A stretch of 64,000 nt of DNA from Omnitrophica WOR_2 bacterium GWF2_43_52 (lineage in GTDB: Bacteria; Omnitrophota; Gorgyraeia; Gygaellales; UBA12090). Shown here one piece after another: positions 20,308 to 30,065 of the stretch. The DNA lies in assembly GCA_001805445.1 (NCBI GenBank), contig MHGF01000038.1:4912-68911 (forward strand). The letters are read 5' to 3'. Numbering within the stretch: the first letter of the stretch is position 1; each line of letters begins with the position of its first letter. Made by a program: the position numbers and the translations under genes. The notes beneath the pieces were generated by a model that saw nothing but the letters and a program-made list of their open reading frames with translations, did not search any database and was not told where the DNA came from.

Positions 20308-21237
20308 CTAAATATCCCTGCTTTTCTCCCACCATTCAGCAAATGGCGGAAAATTTGCCGTTCTTTTTACTTCACTATATTGCCCTCGCGCGACAGTATC
20401 AGTTGAGGGCATGTTATAGCAAAGATTTTCTGAAATAATCCATCTATCATGAATATCAGCCCTCAATTTATTATCTATTATAACCCGCAATTCACACTTT
20501 ATGCCATCGCTTTTGAGTTCTTCCTTTAAATCTTTATATAAGGATACGAATTTCTCATCCGCCTTTTCTGACGACATCAGGATTTTTATGCCTTTTACTT
20601 TACTGGCACTGAGCGACTCTGATAACCAATCTAACCCCGCTCTTGAGAAATATTTATCTACCCAGTAAATATACTTTTCGCAAGAACTAATAATATCCCT
20701 GATTGCTTTCTTGTTTGAAAACGGTTTACCCGGAGACAGCAATTTGGCATCTAATGGTTTATGGATAACCTCAAAAATAGTTCTTATTTTCTTATCGTGC
20801 GATTGAACCGTATCTTCCAATTGATTCAATTTGTTAAGTATTCCTTTATTTGTAGAAATTAATTTTCTTATATTAACAAATACCCGCATTATGCCGATAT
20901 TTACTTGTATCGCCCTTTTATTATTAAGAACACTGGAGAGCATGGCAACTCCTTGCTCTGTGAAGACATAAGGTAAATAACGGCGACCACCCCAACTTGA
21001 GGCCACAATTTGTGACCTCAAACTTGAGGTGACAATTTGGCACCTCAAGAATTCTTCTCTGGTTAATTGAAACATAAAATCTTCAGGAAACCTTTCGATA
21101 TTTCTGCGGACCTGACGAGTTAAATATTTTGTTTCTACCCCATAAAGTTCAGCGAGGCCTTTATCTAACATTACATTCAAACCTCTAATCAAAAATATCT
21201 TTTTTTCGATAATGCCTTGTTTAATAATATCGGTCAT
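20308..21237 (-). CDS. ORF6N (KilA-N-like) domain protein with an uncharacterised C-terminal domain
   Basis: N-terminal IFLIRGLNVMLDKGLAELYGVETKYLTRQVRRNIERFPEDFMFQLTREEF...YLPYVFTEQGVAMLSSVL matches the ORF6N DNA-binding domain. Confidence 0.7.
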   Translation of the reverse strand: MTDIIKQGIIEKKIFLIRGLNVMLDKGLAELYGVETKYLTRQVRRNIERFPEDFMFQLTREEFLRCQIVTSSLRSQIVASSWGGRRYLPYVFTEQGVAMLSSVLNNKRAIQVNIGIMRVFVNIRKLISTNKGILNKLNQLEDTVQSHDKKIRTIFEVIHKPLDAKLLSPGKPFSNKKAIRDIISSCEKYIYWVDKYFSRAGLDWLSESLSASKVKGIKILMSSEKADEKFVSLYKDLKEELKSDGIKCELRVIIDNKLRADIHDRWIISENLCYNMPSTDTVARGQYSEVKRTANFPPFAEWWEKSRDI

Positions 21238-21261
21238 ATTTTTCTTAGGCTAAACCGTATA

Positions 21262-21298
21262 ACTCATATACATCTGGTCAATTTGGCGTTCGTATTCC
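21262..21298. repeat. 36-bp direct repeat, right copy
   Basis: See 20238-20275. This copy sits inside a 47-codon minus-strand ORF with a strong SD. Confidence 0.8.
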
Positions 21299-21498
21299 CT
21301 GCCTACCGGCAGGCAGGTTTGACTGCCTGGCAGTGAATTAAGTATTGTGTCCCCCCGAATATGAATAACGGTTTTAGGCATCCTCATATCCTCCCATGTT
21401 TTCCTTTATGACGTATCCATATTTATCATTTTGCCAAATCTTCTTACATTTCTCCCCTTTAACACTTTCACACATCCACCGATTATTTTCGCCTTTAT

Positions 21499-22398
21499 TT
21501 AACTAAATTTCTTCTCAATAAGAACTGCTATTATCTTCCATTCTTCATCTGTAACCGGAAAGTTTGTACCTCGAGAGAAATTGAATATCGATAAACGAGA
21601 TAGTTCTGGGATCTTTTTCAGTTCCTGTTTATAAATAGGTCCTTCAGGAAATTTAATTTTATACTTATAATTAACCCGCAATTTTCGCTGTTGCTTATCT
21701 TCATCGCTTATCCAGTATTTAGACGAATCGAGAGAATCTATGAGAAATTCTGGATCAGAGGTAATGTCTATTACGGCATAGATACCTGCTTCTTCACCTG
21801 ACATCCATATAAGGCCAATATCGCCTTTCTTGATTTCATTCTTATGTTGATTAACAAGCCAGACATCTTTATTTAGCTTTTCATCAGCAAGTGCATTAAG
21901 AATGTCAAATCGCTGCGGATTAGCCTGAAATATCCATATATGACAACGGCGAGACAATATATCAAATTCTTTTATAACTTTCCTTGTTACCAATTTTTGT
22001 TCAGGAGTAGCTTCGTCTTCAAACTTATAATGGTATTTCTCCGCAATTTTATTGATTTGAGATATGGATATTTCTAAAGACTGAACTCCCATCTTTTCTT
22101 CCATAAATATAGCAAGTTCTTTTGGAATTATGTTAGCAACGAGCATTAAGCGAATCTCTTCTGAGGGGCTATCCTGCCTGAGCAAGCCATAATATGCGCC
22201 TATCTGACCTATGGCTTCTCGCATGAGAAGTCCCCGCTTAATCTCCATTATTAATTTTGCTCTAGGTCCATCTTGAAACACAAGATCAGCGCGATATCCC
22301 CCAAGTTGCATTTGTCTACCAACCAAAATGAGATTTTTGTGAGGCAGAAATTCTTCAGGATGCTTTTCCAATAAATTTTCTATATCTCTTTCTAGCAT
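21499..22398 (-). CDS. PD-(D/E)XK nuclease fused to a C-terminal EVE (PUA-like) domain; candidate modified-DNA-dependent restriction endonuclease
   Basis: N-terminus YRADLVFQD...LIMEIKRG gives the D...ExK nuclease signature. C-terminus IWIFQANPQRFDI...KKGDIGLIWMSGEEAGIYAVIDI matches the EVE domain fold signature. Confidence 0.55.
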   Translation of the reverse strand: MLERDIENLLEKHPEEFLPHKNLILVGRQMQLGGYRADLVFQDGPRAKLIMEIKRGLLMREAIGQIGAYYGLLRQDSPSEEIRLMLVANIIPKELAIFMEEKMGVQSLEISISQINKIAEKYHYKFEDEATPEQKLVTRKVIKEFDILSRRCHIWIFQANPQRFDILNALADEKLNKDVWLVNQHKNEIKKGDIGLIWMSGEEAGIYAVIDITSDPEFLIDSLDSSKYWISDEDKQQRKLRVNYKYKIKFPEGPIYKQELKKIPELSRLSIFNFSRGTNFPVTDEEWKIIAVLIEKKFS

Positions 22399-22508
22399 TT
22401 TTTACCTTGAAGATTCCATAAACCTCGTACGCGAGAAAAAATAAATGGCCGGACACTGACAGTAGGCATTACCTCATCTATCTCTCGCTGCAAACTTCTT
22501 TTCTTTTA

Positions 22509-22650
22509 GGGGCCAGGTCTATTTTTAAAACATTCTCTCCGTTGCCCTTACGATTCTGCCATCTTAAATATACTCTGACCCAATTTTCTTTCGCTGAAAA
22601 TGGATGATGTGTCAACAAAATTCTGTGCTTAAGACTTGCCTCTTTTTACC
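22509..22650. repeat. About 140-bp direct repeat, copy A, downstream of the HEPN/MNT pair
   Basis: Shares around 75-80% identity with 23888-24025 (...cgattctgc(c/a)atc...actctg(a/g)cc...tttcgc(t/c)gaaaatggatga...caacaaaattctgt(g/a)cttaa(g/a)acttg(c/g)cc). Confidence 0.7.
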
Positions 22651-22773
22651 GGAAAGCGTGTTTTAAAATACTATCCTTGAGTATGCGTTTTATCATATGT
22701 GGCGTATTCCAGCTATCATAATAGCAATTTTATGCCTGTACCTAAAGAGGCTGGGTAAATATTTGCGGGCGTA

Positions 22774-23214
22774 TTATTTTCTACCCTTTTTCAGAAGTAT
22801 CTGTTTCGCGGCCTTGAGGAATCTCTTCGCGCTTTCAATAACCGCCTGAGCTCCTTCCTGAGAAAACTGTCTCCGATAATCGGCATCTTCCCGAAGAATC
22901 ATAGAATTATTAAAATCTTCGGCTAACTTAGGATCTAATTTCTTCTCTTGGACAAAAAATTCCTTTAGCGTGAGGTAAAGACAATAATGACCTTTTTCAC
23001 GATATCCACGAGAATAAAGTAACGCCCGCGCGGAATGAAACATAGAATAATAACCTTTGATAGTGGCCCATTTAAAACCGGATTCCGAGAATTCTTCCTG
23101 GGCGGAGCATAAATCGCTCTCCGCGTCTTTGATTTCAAAATCGACCAATTGTTTTGCTGGTTCAAAACGGAAAATCCTCTTCTTCTCTAAACAATCTTTA
23201 AAGGATATACTCAT
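22774..23214 (-). CDS. HEPN-domain protein (toxin of a HEPN/MNT pair)
   Basis: RGYREKGHY is an R-x4-6-H HEPN motif. It overlaps the upstream MNT gene by about 17 nt. Start taken at MSISFKD. Confidence 0.65.
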   Translation of the reverse strand: MSISFKDCLEKKRIFRFEPAKQLVDFEIKDAESDLCSAQEEFSESGFKWATIKGYYSMFHSARALLYSRGYREKGHYCLYLTLKEFFVQEKKLDPKLAEDFNNSMILREDADYRRQFSQEGAQAVIESAKRFLKAAKQILLKKGRK

Positions 23215-23764
23215 TAGTCTCCCTCTCCCAAAGGATTTTCCCCTTTTCCACTTGCTCAAGGAACACTCTTTCTTCTTTACCTTTTTTAAAAAGCTCTTCC
23301 GGAGCCTTAATAATCGGCTGCACTTTGCGATTATAGAGTTCTGCAGAGTAAGAAAATTTATTGATTACAGACAGTGTCTTTTCTTTTTCAGAACTAACGA
23401 TAAACAGGTCAATATCACTATCCTCATTATCATTCCCTTGAGCCCAACTGCCAAAGAGGACTATTTTATGGCTTAATCCTTTCAGCTTTTCTATCAGAGG
23501 CTCAATTAAAAGTAGATTAACAAGAACCTTAAACTCTTTAAGATAAGGATTAGTCTTATCAATAGAGTAGAAATACATCCGGCCATTTTGTTTTCGGTTA
23601 ATCACGCCCGCCCGATAGAGGCGCACCAAAACATGGTGGGTTGAACTTGGGCTTAAGCCTGCCTTCCGCGCAATCTCTCTCTCATAAAAAGACGCGCCCG
23701 GATGCAGGACAAAGAAGCTTAAGACTTTCTGATGATTAGTAGAAATAAGATATGAATTAACCAT
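23198..23764 (-). CDS. wHTH + minimal nucleotidyltransferase (MNT) protein, the antitoxin partner of HEPN
   Basis: LFGSWAQGNDNEDSDIDLFIV is the GS-x9-DxD polymerase-beta-type NTase motif. The N-terminal winged helix is YEREIARKAGLSPSSTHHVLVRL. Confidence 0.7.
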   Translation of the reverse strand: MVNSYLISTNHQKVLSFFVLHPGASFYEREIARKAGLSPSSTHHVLVRLYRAGVINRKQNGRMYFYSIDKTNPYLKEFKVLVNLLLIEPLIEKLKGLSHKIVLFGSWAQGNDNEDSDIDLFIVSSEKEKTLSVINKFSYSAELYNRKVQPIIKAPEELFKKGKEERVFLEQVEKGKILWERETNEYIL

Positions 23765-23887
23765 TGCTCAATAAATTAAACTCATGCTCCTTTCATGGAG
23801 CATGATAGCAAGTTTGGAAGTGGCTGTCAATACAATTTTCTCGCAATAATTCAGCTCTTGGAAGTACTCCGGCGAAACATAAAACTT

Positions 23888-24025
23888 TAGGAGTCAGGCC
23901 ATCTCTATTCCCCTCGCGATTCTGCAATCCTGAATTCACTCTGGCCTCATTTTTCCTGGTTTTCTTTCGCCGAAAATGGATGACTTATCAACAGAATTCT
24001 GTACTTAAACTTGGCCATCTTTTGC
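23888..24025. repeat. About 140-bp direct repeat, copy B, upstream of the HEPN/MNT pair (a partial third copy lies near 24058-24085)
   Basis: See copy A. Confidence 0.7.
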
Positions 24026-24114
24026 TCAATAAAAATTCCCTTTCCCGCATCATAAACTCACTCTGGCCCCATTTTCCTTATCAATGTCTAATGTCTGGGT
24101 CTGACCCCTTTATT

Positions 24115-26358
24115 CTATTTTTCCAATTCTGCCTTTAGTTTTTCTAGGTCGGTAACGGGCAATTTGCAGGTATACTTTTCACAGACGTATGCCGTTGCCT
24201 TGTGTTCTAAAGGGATTTGGTTTTCTAAAAATGGTATAAGCTTAATAATTTTGGTTGCTTCTCTTTTATCCGCGGGGTGAAATACAAGTATTTTATTCGG
24301 CATAAAGCGCTGATACACGGCCTTTATCATCTGCTGCGTGCCTTCAGATTCACCATCTCCGGCAATAACAATCTCTTTTGAGGGGCCAAAGGCGAAATCC
24401 AAAGCGCTTAGGGTTTGCGCGCAGGCTGTAGGAGAGCGGGAAATTTCGGCTGAAAACGCCTTAAAAAAGGCTTCCGCTTTTTTGTCTAATTCTTTATCCA
24501 TAAAAAAACGCGCTAACCGCAACAAATCCAAACCCGCAATGGAATTACCTGACGGCATTGCCCCGTCATAGGCTGTCTTATGCCGGATGAAAAGCCTTTC
24601 TGCATCAGAGGCTGTTGAAAAAAACCCTCCGTCTTGCGTATCCCAGAAAAGCTCAAGCATCTCCTGGGTAAACCGTTTGGCGTGCGCAAGGTATTCCGGC
24701 TTAAAACCTGCCTCATATAAATCAAGCAGCCCTTGGATAAAAAAGGCATAATCATCAAGCATTCCTTTAATCGCGGCTTCCCCGTCGCGATAGCGGTGCA
24801 AAAGCCTGCCGTTTTTATCCTGCAAATTCTTTAAAATGAATTGGGCGGCTTTCTCTGCCTGCACAAGATACGCCGGCTCATTTAACACGCGCGCGCCGAT
24901 GGAAAAAGCTGAAATCATCAGGCCGTTCCAATCTGTCAGGATTTTATCATCGCGATGAGGGCGCGGCCTTTTGTTACGGAGAGCAAAAAGCTTATTTTTT
25001 GCTTCATTTATTGTTTTCTTTATTTCTTGAGGGGATTTTCCAAATTGAGCAGCAGTTTCTTCTATCGTATGCGCGATATAAAAGACATTTTTATTTTTAA
25101 ATTCTCCCTGCGGATCAGACAACGCGTTACCGCTATCCTCAATGCCAAAATAAAAGCATATTACATCTAAGAACGGCTTGTCCAAAATGCGAGTAAGCTC
25201 ATCTTTTGTCCAGAGATAGAATGCGCCTTCGGTTTTTCTCTTACTCTCTGCTTCGATCGAGTCGGCGTCTTCCGCGGAATAAAAACCTCCTTCCAAAGAA
25301 AACACATCACGCAGGACATATTCAAAAATGCCTTTGGCCGTCTGGGCATGCTCTTGTTTTCCCGTTACCTGATACGCCTCTATATATGCCTTGGCAAGTA
25401 TCGCCTGGTCATAGAGCATCTTCTCAAAATGAGGAATACGCCACTGCCTGTCCGTCGAATAGCGGTGAAACCCTCCGCCAAGCTGGTCATACATCCCGCC
25501 TTGCGCCATCGCGCTCAATGTTTTCTCAACCATCTCAAGCGCCTTTGGCTCTTTGGAGCGCTTCCAATAACGTAAAAGAAAAGAGAGCGAATGCCCGGAA
25601 GGAAACTTTGGGGCATCGCTAAAGCCGCCGTAGCGCTCATCAAAGTTCGCGCTAAAATCTTCATAGGCGCTTTTGAATATCTCTTCGGTAAGAGAAAACC
25701 CTTCTTTAGTTTCTTTTTGCTTAGTAAGAGCCTGGGTGAGCTCCTGCGCGGTATCAACGAGCTTATCCCTGCGGCTCTTCCAATTCTTGATAATTGATAA
25801 AAGCAATGTTTTAAAACCGGGCCTGCCCCAGCTGTCCTCTACAGGAAAGTAGGTGCCGCCGTAAAAAGGCTTTTTCTCAGGTGTTAGAAAAACGTTTAAC
25901 GGCCAACCGCCGGAGCCGGTCAAAGCCATTACCGCCTGCATATAGATTTCGTCTAAATCCGGCCTTTCTTCACGGTCAACCTTGATAGGGACAAAATAGG
26001 CATTGAGTAGGCCAGCGATTTCCTCACTGGAAAATGCCTCTTCCTCCATCACATGGCACCAATGGCAGGTGGAATAGCCTATAGAAACAAACAGCGGCTT
26101 ATCTTCTTTTTGCGCCTTTTGGAATGCTTCATCACCCCAAGGATACCAGTCAACCGGATTATGGGCATGCTGCAAAAGATACGGGCTCTTTTCCTTGATA
26201 AGGCGATTAGTAACGATGTTTTTCGGCTCTGTTTTATTTTCTTTTGTATTCACGTTGCAGGCTCCCAGAAAAAATAAGAATGGAATACTTAAAAATATAC
26301 TACTTCGTAATAAATCCTTCGCCTCATTCATCAAAGGATATAGTTGTTTCCACCTCAT
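24115..26358 (-). CDS. Thioredoxin-domain protein, DUF255/YyaL family (thioredoxin fold + six-hairpin glycosidase-like domain)
   Basis: [50 protein letters not shown] is the family hallmark. Lipoprotein-like N-terminus (FLGAC). Confidence 0.85.
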   Translation of the reverse strand: MRWKQLYPLMNEAKDLLRSSIFLSIPFLFFLGACNVNTKENKTEPKNIVTNRLIKEKSPYLLQHAHNPVDWYPWGDEAFQKAQKEDKPLFVSIGYSTCHWCHVMEEEAFSSEEIAGLLNAYFVPIKVDREERPDLDEIYMQAVMALTGSGGWPLNVFLTPEKKPFYGGTYFPVEDSWGRPGFKTLLLSIIKNWKSRRDKLVDTAQELTQALTKQKETKEGFSLTEEIFKSAYEDFSANFDERYGGFSDAPKFPSGHSLSFLLRYWKRSKEPKALEMVEKTLSAMAQGGMYDQLGGGFHRYSTDRQWRIPHFEKMLYDQAILAKAYIEAYQVTGKQEHAQTAKGIFEYVLRDVFSLEGGFYSAEDADSIEAESKRKTEGAFYLWTKDELTRILDKPFLDVICFYFGIEDSGNALSDPQGEFKNKNVFYIAHTIEETAAQFGKSPQEIKKTINEAKNKLFALRNKRPRPHRDDKILTDWNGLMISAFSIGARVLNEPAYLVQAEKAAQFILKNLQDKNGRLLHRYRDGEAAIKGMLDDYAFFIQGLLDLYEAGFKPEYLAHAKRFTQEMLELFWDTQDGGFFSTASDAERLFIRHKTAYDGAMPSGNSIAGLDLLRLARFFMDKELDKKAEAFFKAFSAEISRSPTACAQTLSALDFAFGPSKEIVIAGDGESEGTQQMIKAVYQRFMPNKILVFHPADKREATKIIKLIPFLENQIPLEHKATAYVCEKYTCKLPVTDLEKLKAELEK

Positions 26359-26376
26359 ACCATTGCCAAAGGTACG

Positions 26377-27384
26377 TTATATCGCGGTCATTTGCCAGCA
26401 TCGATGAATACCTCTATTACGATAGTCTTCGGGGATAGTTTTTGGCGTCAGCTCTACAACATTACAAACAGAAAGGCCTTCAAGATGCGGTTTAAAACGC
26501 TGATGATTTGTCGAAAAAAATACTAAAGAACCCGGAACCATGACTTTTAAGGCCTTTTGTATGAGCCCATGATGATCGCGGTTAATGTCAAAAGAAATCC
26601 CTTTATCGCGGTCTTGAAAGAATGATGGAGGGTCAACGAATGCCAGCGTAAAACGCCTGCCTTCACGATACGCCTCTTCCAGATAGGCGTCGACATCAGA
26701 TTGTATAAGGGAATGCTGCCGCCCCCACAGTTTATTTAACTCCAAATTATCCTGTATCCACCCAAGATAGGTGGCTGAACGGTCTACGCTGACTGTCGTT
26801 TTAGCGCCTGCGGCTGCCGCGGCAACGGTGAACGCGCCCGTATACGCGTACAGATTGAGGAAATCCTTACCCGCGGCGCATTGGGCAATGATACGCCTGG
26901 TATCGCGATGGTCAGAATACAAACCTGTATCCAGAAAATCATCAAGGTTAACCCAGAAACGTAAATTCCGTTCTCGCACTTCAAAACGCTCTCCCAGGGA
27001 AGCCATCTTACGGTAACGAGCTCCCTCTTCGGGCTTGGTGCGGCGGCGCTTCAGGTGCACCCGATCCAAAGGAACACTCAAAGCTTCTGCTACAGCCGCT
27101 GCCATTTTGGGAAGCCATTCCTGTCCGGTCTGCAAACGCTCGTATTCTGCTATCACGATATGGCCGGCATACCAGTCAACCACGGCGCGAACCTCAGGAA
27201 TATCCCAATCATAGAGGCGGAAACAATCAATATCCTGACGCCGGAAACGCCGCGATAAATGGCGGAAACGAGCGCGAATACGGTTTGACAAAATCTGCGC
27301 GTGGTGTTGAGCCTTTTCAGAAGTCACCCAATGCTTAGGTTTCAATCTTTCCGGTGTCACCTTCATAGCAATCCTTAAAATCAA
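26377..27384 (-). CDS. Class I SAM-dependent (rRNA) methyltransferase, RlmK/RlmI-like
   Basis: FLNLYAYTGAFTVAAAAAGAKTTVSVDRSATYL...FTLAFVDPPSF are Rossmann MTase motifs I and IV (DPPxF type). Confidence 0.7.
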   Translation of the reverse strand: MILRIAMKVTPERLKPKHWVTSEKAQHHAQILSNRIRARFRHLSRRFRRQDIDCFRLYDWDIPEVRAVVDWYAGHIVIAEYERLQTGQEWLPKMAAAVAEALSVPLDRVHLKRRRTKPEEGARYRKMASLGERFEVRERNLRFWVNLDDFLDTGLYSDHRDTRRIIAQCAAGKDFLNLYAYTGAFTVAAAAAGAKTTVSVDRSATYLGWIQDNLELNKLWGRQHSLIQSDVDAYLEEAYREGRRFTLAFVDPPSFFQDRDKGISFDINRDHHGLIQKALKVMVPGSLVFFSTNHQRFKPHLEGLSVCNVVELTPKTIPEDYRNRGIHRCWQMTAI

Positions 27385-28613
27385 GCCTTAACAGGTAACG
27401 CCTTAACAAGGCGCAGAAGATACACAAAACCCAGCACCAAAAATATACTCAGGCTAAAAAGGCTTATGCGGTAACTCAAAACTCCGAAGCGGGAAAAACA
27501 AAACAACATAGCCCCCCAAAAGAGCGCGCCCATTACGGCAGAAAGATATCCTGCCAGGTTAAAAAGGCCGAAAACATTACCCATCTTTTCTTCCGGCGTA
27601 AGCTCAACTGCCAAGGCGCGCGCGACTGTCCAGGTTGCGCCTAAACTTATACCGGCTAGCGCGCCGATACCTAAATACATCGAGGGCTTTTTTACAAGCG
27701 CCCCCAACAGAATAAAAACCTCCCATAAGAAAAATATCGCCATAAGCATGCGCACTGAGCCTACTCTGTCGCAGATATATCCGGAGATAAGACTGCCGGC
27801 AATTGCAAAGAACGTAGAAAAACCGACCACATTGATTATCTGCGTTTCGTTAAGCTTAAAAACATTCGTGGCATAGGCAGACATGAAAATAATAATAACA
27901 TTGGCAACGCATAAGCCGTAAAAAGAGGCTTTAAGAAAATCGCTAAAGCCCGGGAGCTTATACGTGGCACGTAGGCCTGTTTTTAAATCTTTCACGATGC
28001 CTGCGGCTCTATCTTTTTTTAACAAAGAAAATAACCCTCTGTTTTCTTTTTTTGCCTTATCCTTAAGAAAAAGCATACTTGGCAAAGCAAAGATTAAAAA
28101 CCACATGCCTGTAGGAAAAAAAGTTGCCTGATAGCCGCTCTTTAAGACTATAGGCTTGACCAGATAAAGAGCCACGAGTGCTCCGGAATAAGCCAGCATT
28201 CTGCCAAAACCAGAAACAAGCCCAATTTTCTCTTTGGGTGCAACATCAACAAGCAAGGCATTATAAAAAACTACTGCCGCCTGACAGCCACAATTGGCAA
28301 TGGCGAAAAAAACAAGTTCTATAACGATGTTTCCCGTAGTTCCTAACATCATGGTAAAGATAACGGACAGCAGGGTAAAGAAAATTAAGAAGGGCATCCT
28401 TTTATTGAGAATATCCGAGACACTTCCCAAAACAGGCGTGATGATTGCCACCACAAGGGTAGAGATGCTAAAGGCGATACTGTAGAATATTTCCGGGACC
28501 TGCTTCTCTATCGTCAACCAGCGGACAAAATACAGGGAAACTATATTCAAAGCAAAGAACTGATTTGCTAAATCATACAGTCCCCACGACACAATCAAGA
28601 AAAATTGTCTCAT
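27381..28613 (-). CDS. MFS transporter
   Basis: 410 aa, 12 predicted TM helices, MFS-like loop motifs. Confidence 0.7.
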   Translation of the reverse strand: MRQFFLIVSWGLYDLANQFFALNIVSLYFVRWLTIEKQVPEIFYSIAFSISTLVVAIITPVLGSVSDILNKRMPFLIFFTLLSVIFTMMLGTTGNIVIELVFFAIANCGCQAAVVFYNALLVDVAPKEKIGLVSGFGRMLAYSGALVALYLVKPIVLKSGYQATFFPTGMWFLIFALPSMLFLKDKAKKENRGLFSLLKKDRAAGIVKDLKTGLRATYKLPGFSDFLKASFYGLCVANVIIIFMSAYATNVFKLNETQIINVVGFSTFFAIAGSLISGYICDRVGSVRMLMAIFFLWEVFILLGALVKKPSMYLGIGALAGISLGATWTVARALAVELTPEEKMGNVFGLFNLAGYLSAVMGALFWGAMLFCFSRFGVLSYRISLFSLSIFLVLGFVYLLRLVKALPVKA

Positions 28614-28641
28614 TTTTTCTTTGGCGCACTACATTGATTCC

Positions 28642-29055
28642 CTACGCATACCAGAATATCCAGCCAAAGAGGCGCACCGCCAGGTAATACAAGAAAGCAA
28701 ACCTAAAATCATCCCGCTTTAAAATCGTGTAGAATTCCCTGTCCACGTCTTTACGCCGGATGAAAGACTTTAACTCTTGGCTAAATTGGTACAATACATC
28801 ATGGACTAACGAGGCATAATAGGTTTTGCTATAGCCGGTATCAAAATTAAGCACCCCCTCCATTATCCCGAGGTACAAGTCCTTTATTTTTACCTTTGGG
28901 CTGCATCCATCCCAGGCATAGCCTTTATAATGAGTACCTTTTATCGTTATCAAACCGTTCTTTGCCAATGAAAACCACTCATTCTCAAATTCGCTCCCCT
29001 TGATAGCGGATTGATAACGGCAATCTTCTTTTATACAATAGACGTATACACCCAT
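28642..29055 (-). CDS. DUF1353-like hypothetical protein
   Basis: YAWDGCSP motif. Weak family assignment. Confidence 0.35.
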   Translation of the reverse strand: MGVYVYCIKEDCRYQSAIKGSEFENEWFSLAKNGLITIKGTHYKGYAWDGCSPKVKIKDLYLGIMEGVLNFDTGYSKTYYASLVHDVLYQFSQELKSFIRRKDVDREFYTILKRDDFRFAFLYYLAVRLFGWIFWYA

Positions 29056-29121
29056 CTGCTCTTAAACAAGCGCTCTTTAGATTAGCGGCAAAAACTCCTC
29101 ACAACGCCTTACCTTCCGTAG

Positions 29122-29538
29122 TTATTCTACTCCTCTTACAGGCGCGCGGAATGATTTTTTCTCGCCCTGCCTGCGCTTGGCTTCCAGCATCTTCAGCTTT
29201 GCTTTTCTGGAGCGCCGGCGTTTCTGGCGGCGGATTTTTTCTATGCGCTGCCGTTCTTTGGATAATTTCCCCAAAATAAGGGTCTCTATTTTGTTTACTA
29301 AAAGTTCTCGGGCAATATAGCGGTTGAGGGCCTGAGAACGCTCTTTCTGGCATTTTACTTCAATACCGCTCGGTATATGCTTAAGGTATACGCAGGTTGA
29401 AGTTTTATTCACATTTTGCCCGCCGGGGCCTTTGGAGCGGATAAATTGTTCAACGATATCATTATCCCGTATTCCTAAGCGCTCCATCTTCTGGCGCAAA
29501 GCTTTTTCCTTATCTCTATTCACACCGAAATCTGACAT
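29122..29538 (-). CDS. arfB: Peptidyl-tRNA hydrolase ArfB (alternative ribosome-rescue factor, class I release-factor-like)
   Basis: GPGGQNVNKTSTCVYLKH contains the GGQ motif. A basic C-terminal tail is present. Start taken at MSDFGVN. Confidence 0.75.
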   Translation of the reverse strand: MSDFGVNRDKEKALRQKMERLGIRDNDIVEQFIRSKGPGGQNVNKTSTCVYLKHIPSGIEVKCQKERSQALNRYIARELLVNKIETLILGKLSKERQRIEKIRRQKRRRSRKAKLKMLEAKRRQGEKKSFRAPVRGVE

Positions 29539-29543
29539 AGTAT

Positions 29544-30065
29544 TTATTGTTGTGTTGGGGTATCCTCCACATCCTCTTCTTGCGCCAACCCCACTGCCAT
29601 AAGATAGCCGCGGGCCCTCTCGGTTAAGGCATAACGGCCGACGATATCCCAAAACGCCTTACGGTGGTTAGGCTCTACCAAATGCGCCATTTCGTGCATA
29701 ACCACATAATCCCGTACCCATACCGGCATCGTGCTGAGCCTATGCGAAATACGAATACATCCTGTCCGATAGTTACAACAGCCAAACCTTGTGTTTTGAT
29801 TGGCAACATATTCTATCGCGGTAAGTTTAAGCTTCTTCTCAAAATATTTTTCATTGAGCCTGTGAAAGACCGATAGCAAATCTTCGTTTCTGTTTAATTC
29901 CTCTTTCAGTTTCTTACGCTGGAATCGCTCTTTGAATTGCGAGACTATTTTCTCAAGCTGAAACTCATGGATATGATAAGGGGCATTAATCAGAATGGTA
30001 TCCTTCACTAACCGTCCACTCACAGTTTTTTTACGCCTTAGGCTACGGATAATTTTAACTTCCAT
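29544..30065 (-). CDS. DUF45/YgjP-family (M48-like) zinc metallopeptidase
   Basis: CCNYRTGCIRISHRL...YVVMHEMAHLVEPNH gives the HExxH signature in the DUF45 context. Confidence 0.7.
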   Translation of the reverse strand: MEVKIIRSLRRKKTVSGRLVKDTILINAPYHIHEFQLEKIVSQFKERFQRKKLKEELNRNEDLLSVFHRLNEKYFEKKLKLTAIEYVANQNTRFGCCNYRTGCIRISHRLSTMPVWVRDYVVMHEMAHLVEPNHRKAFWDIVGRYALTERARGYLMAVGLAQEEDVEDTPTQQ

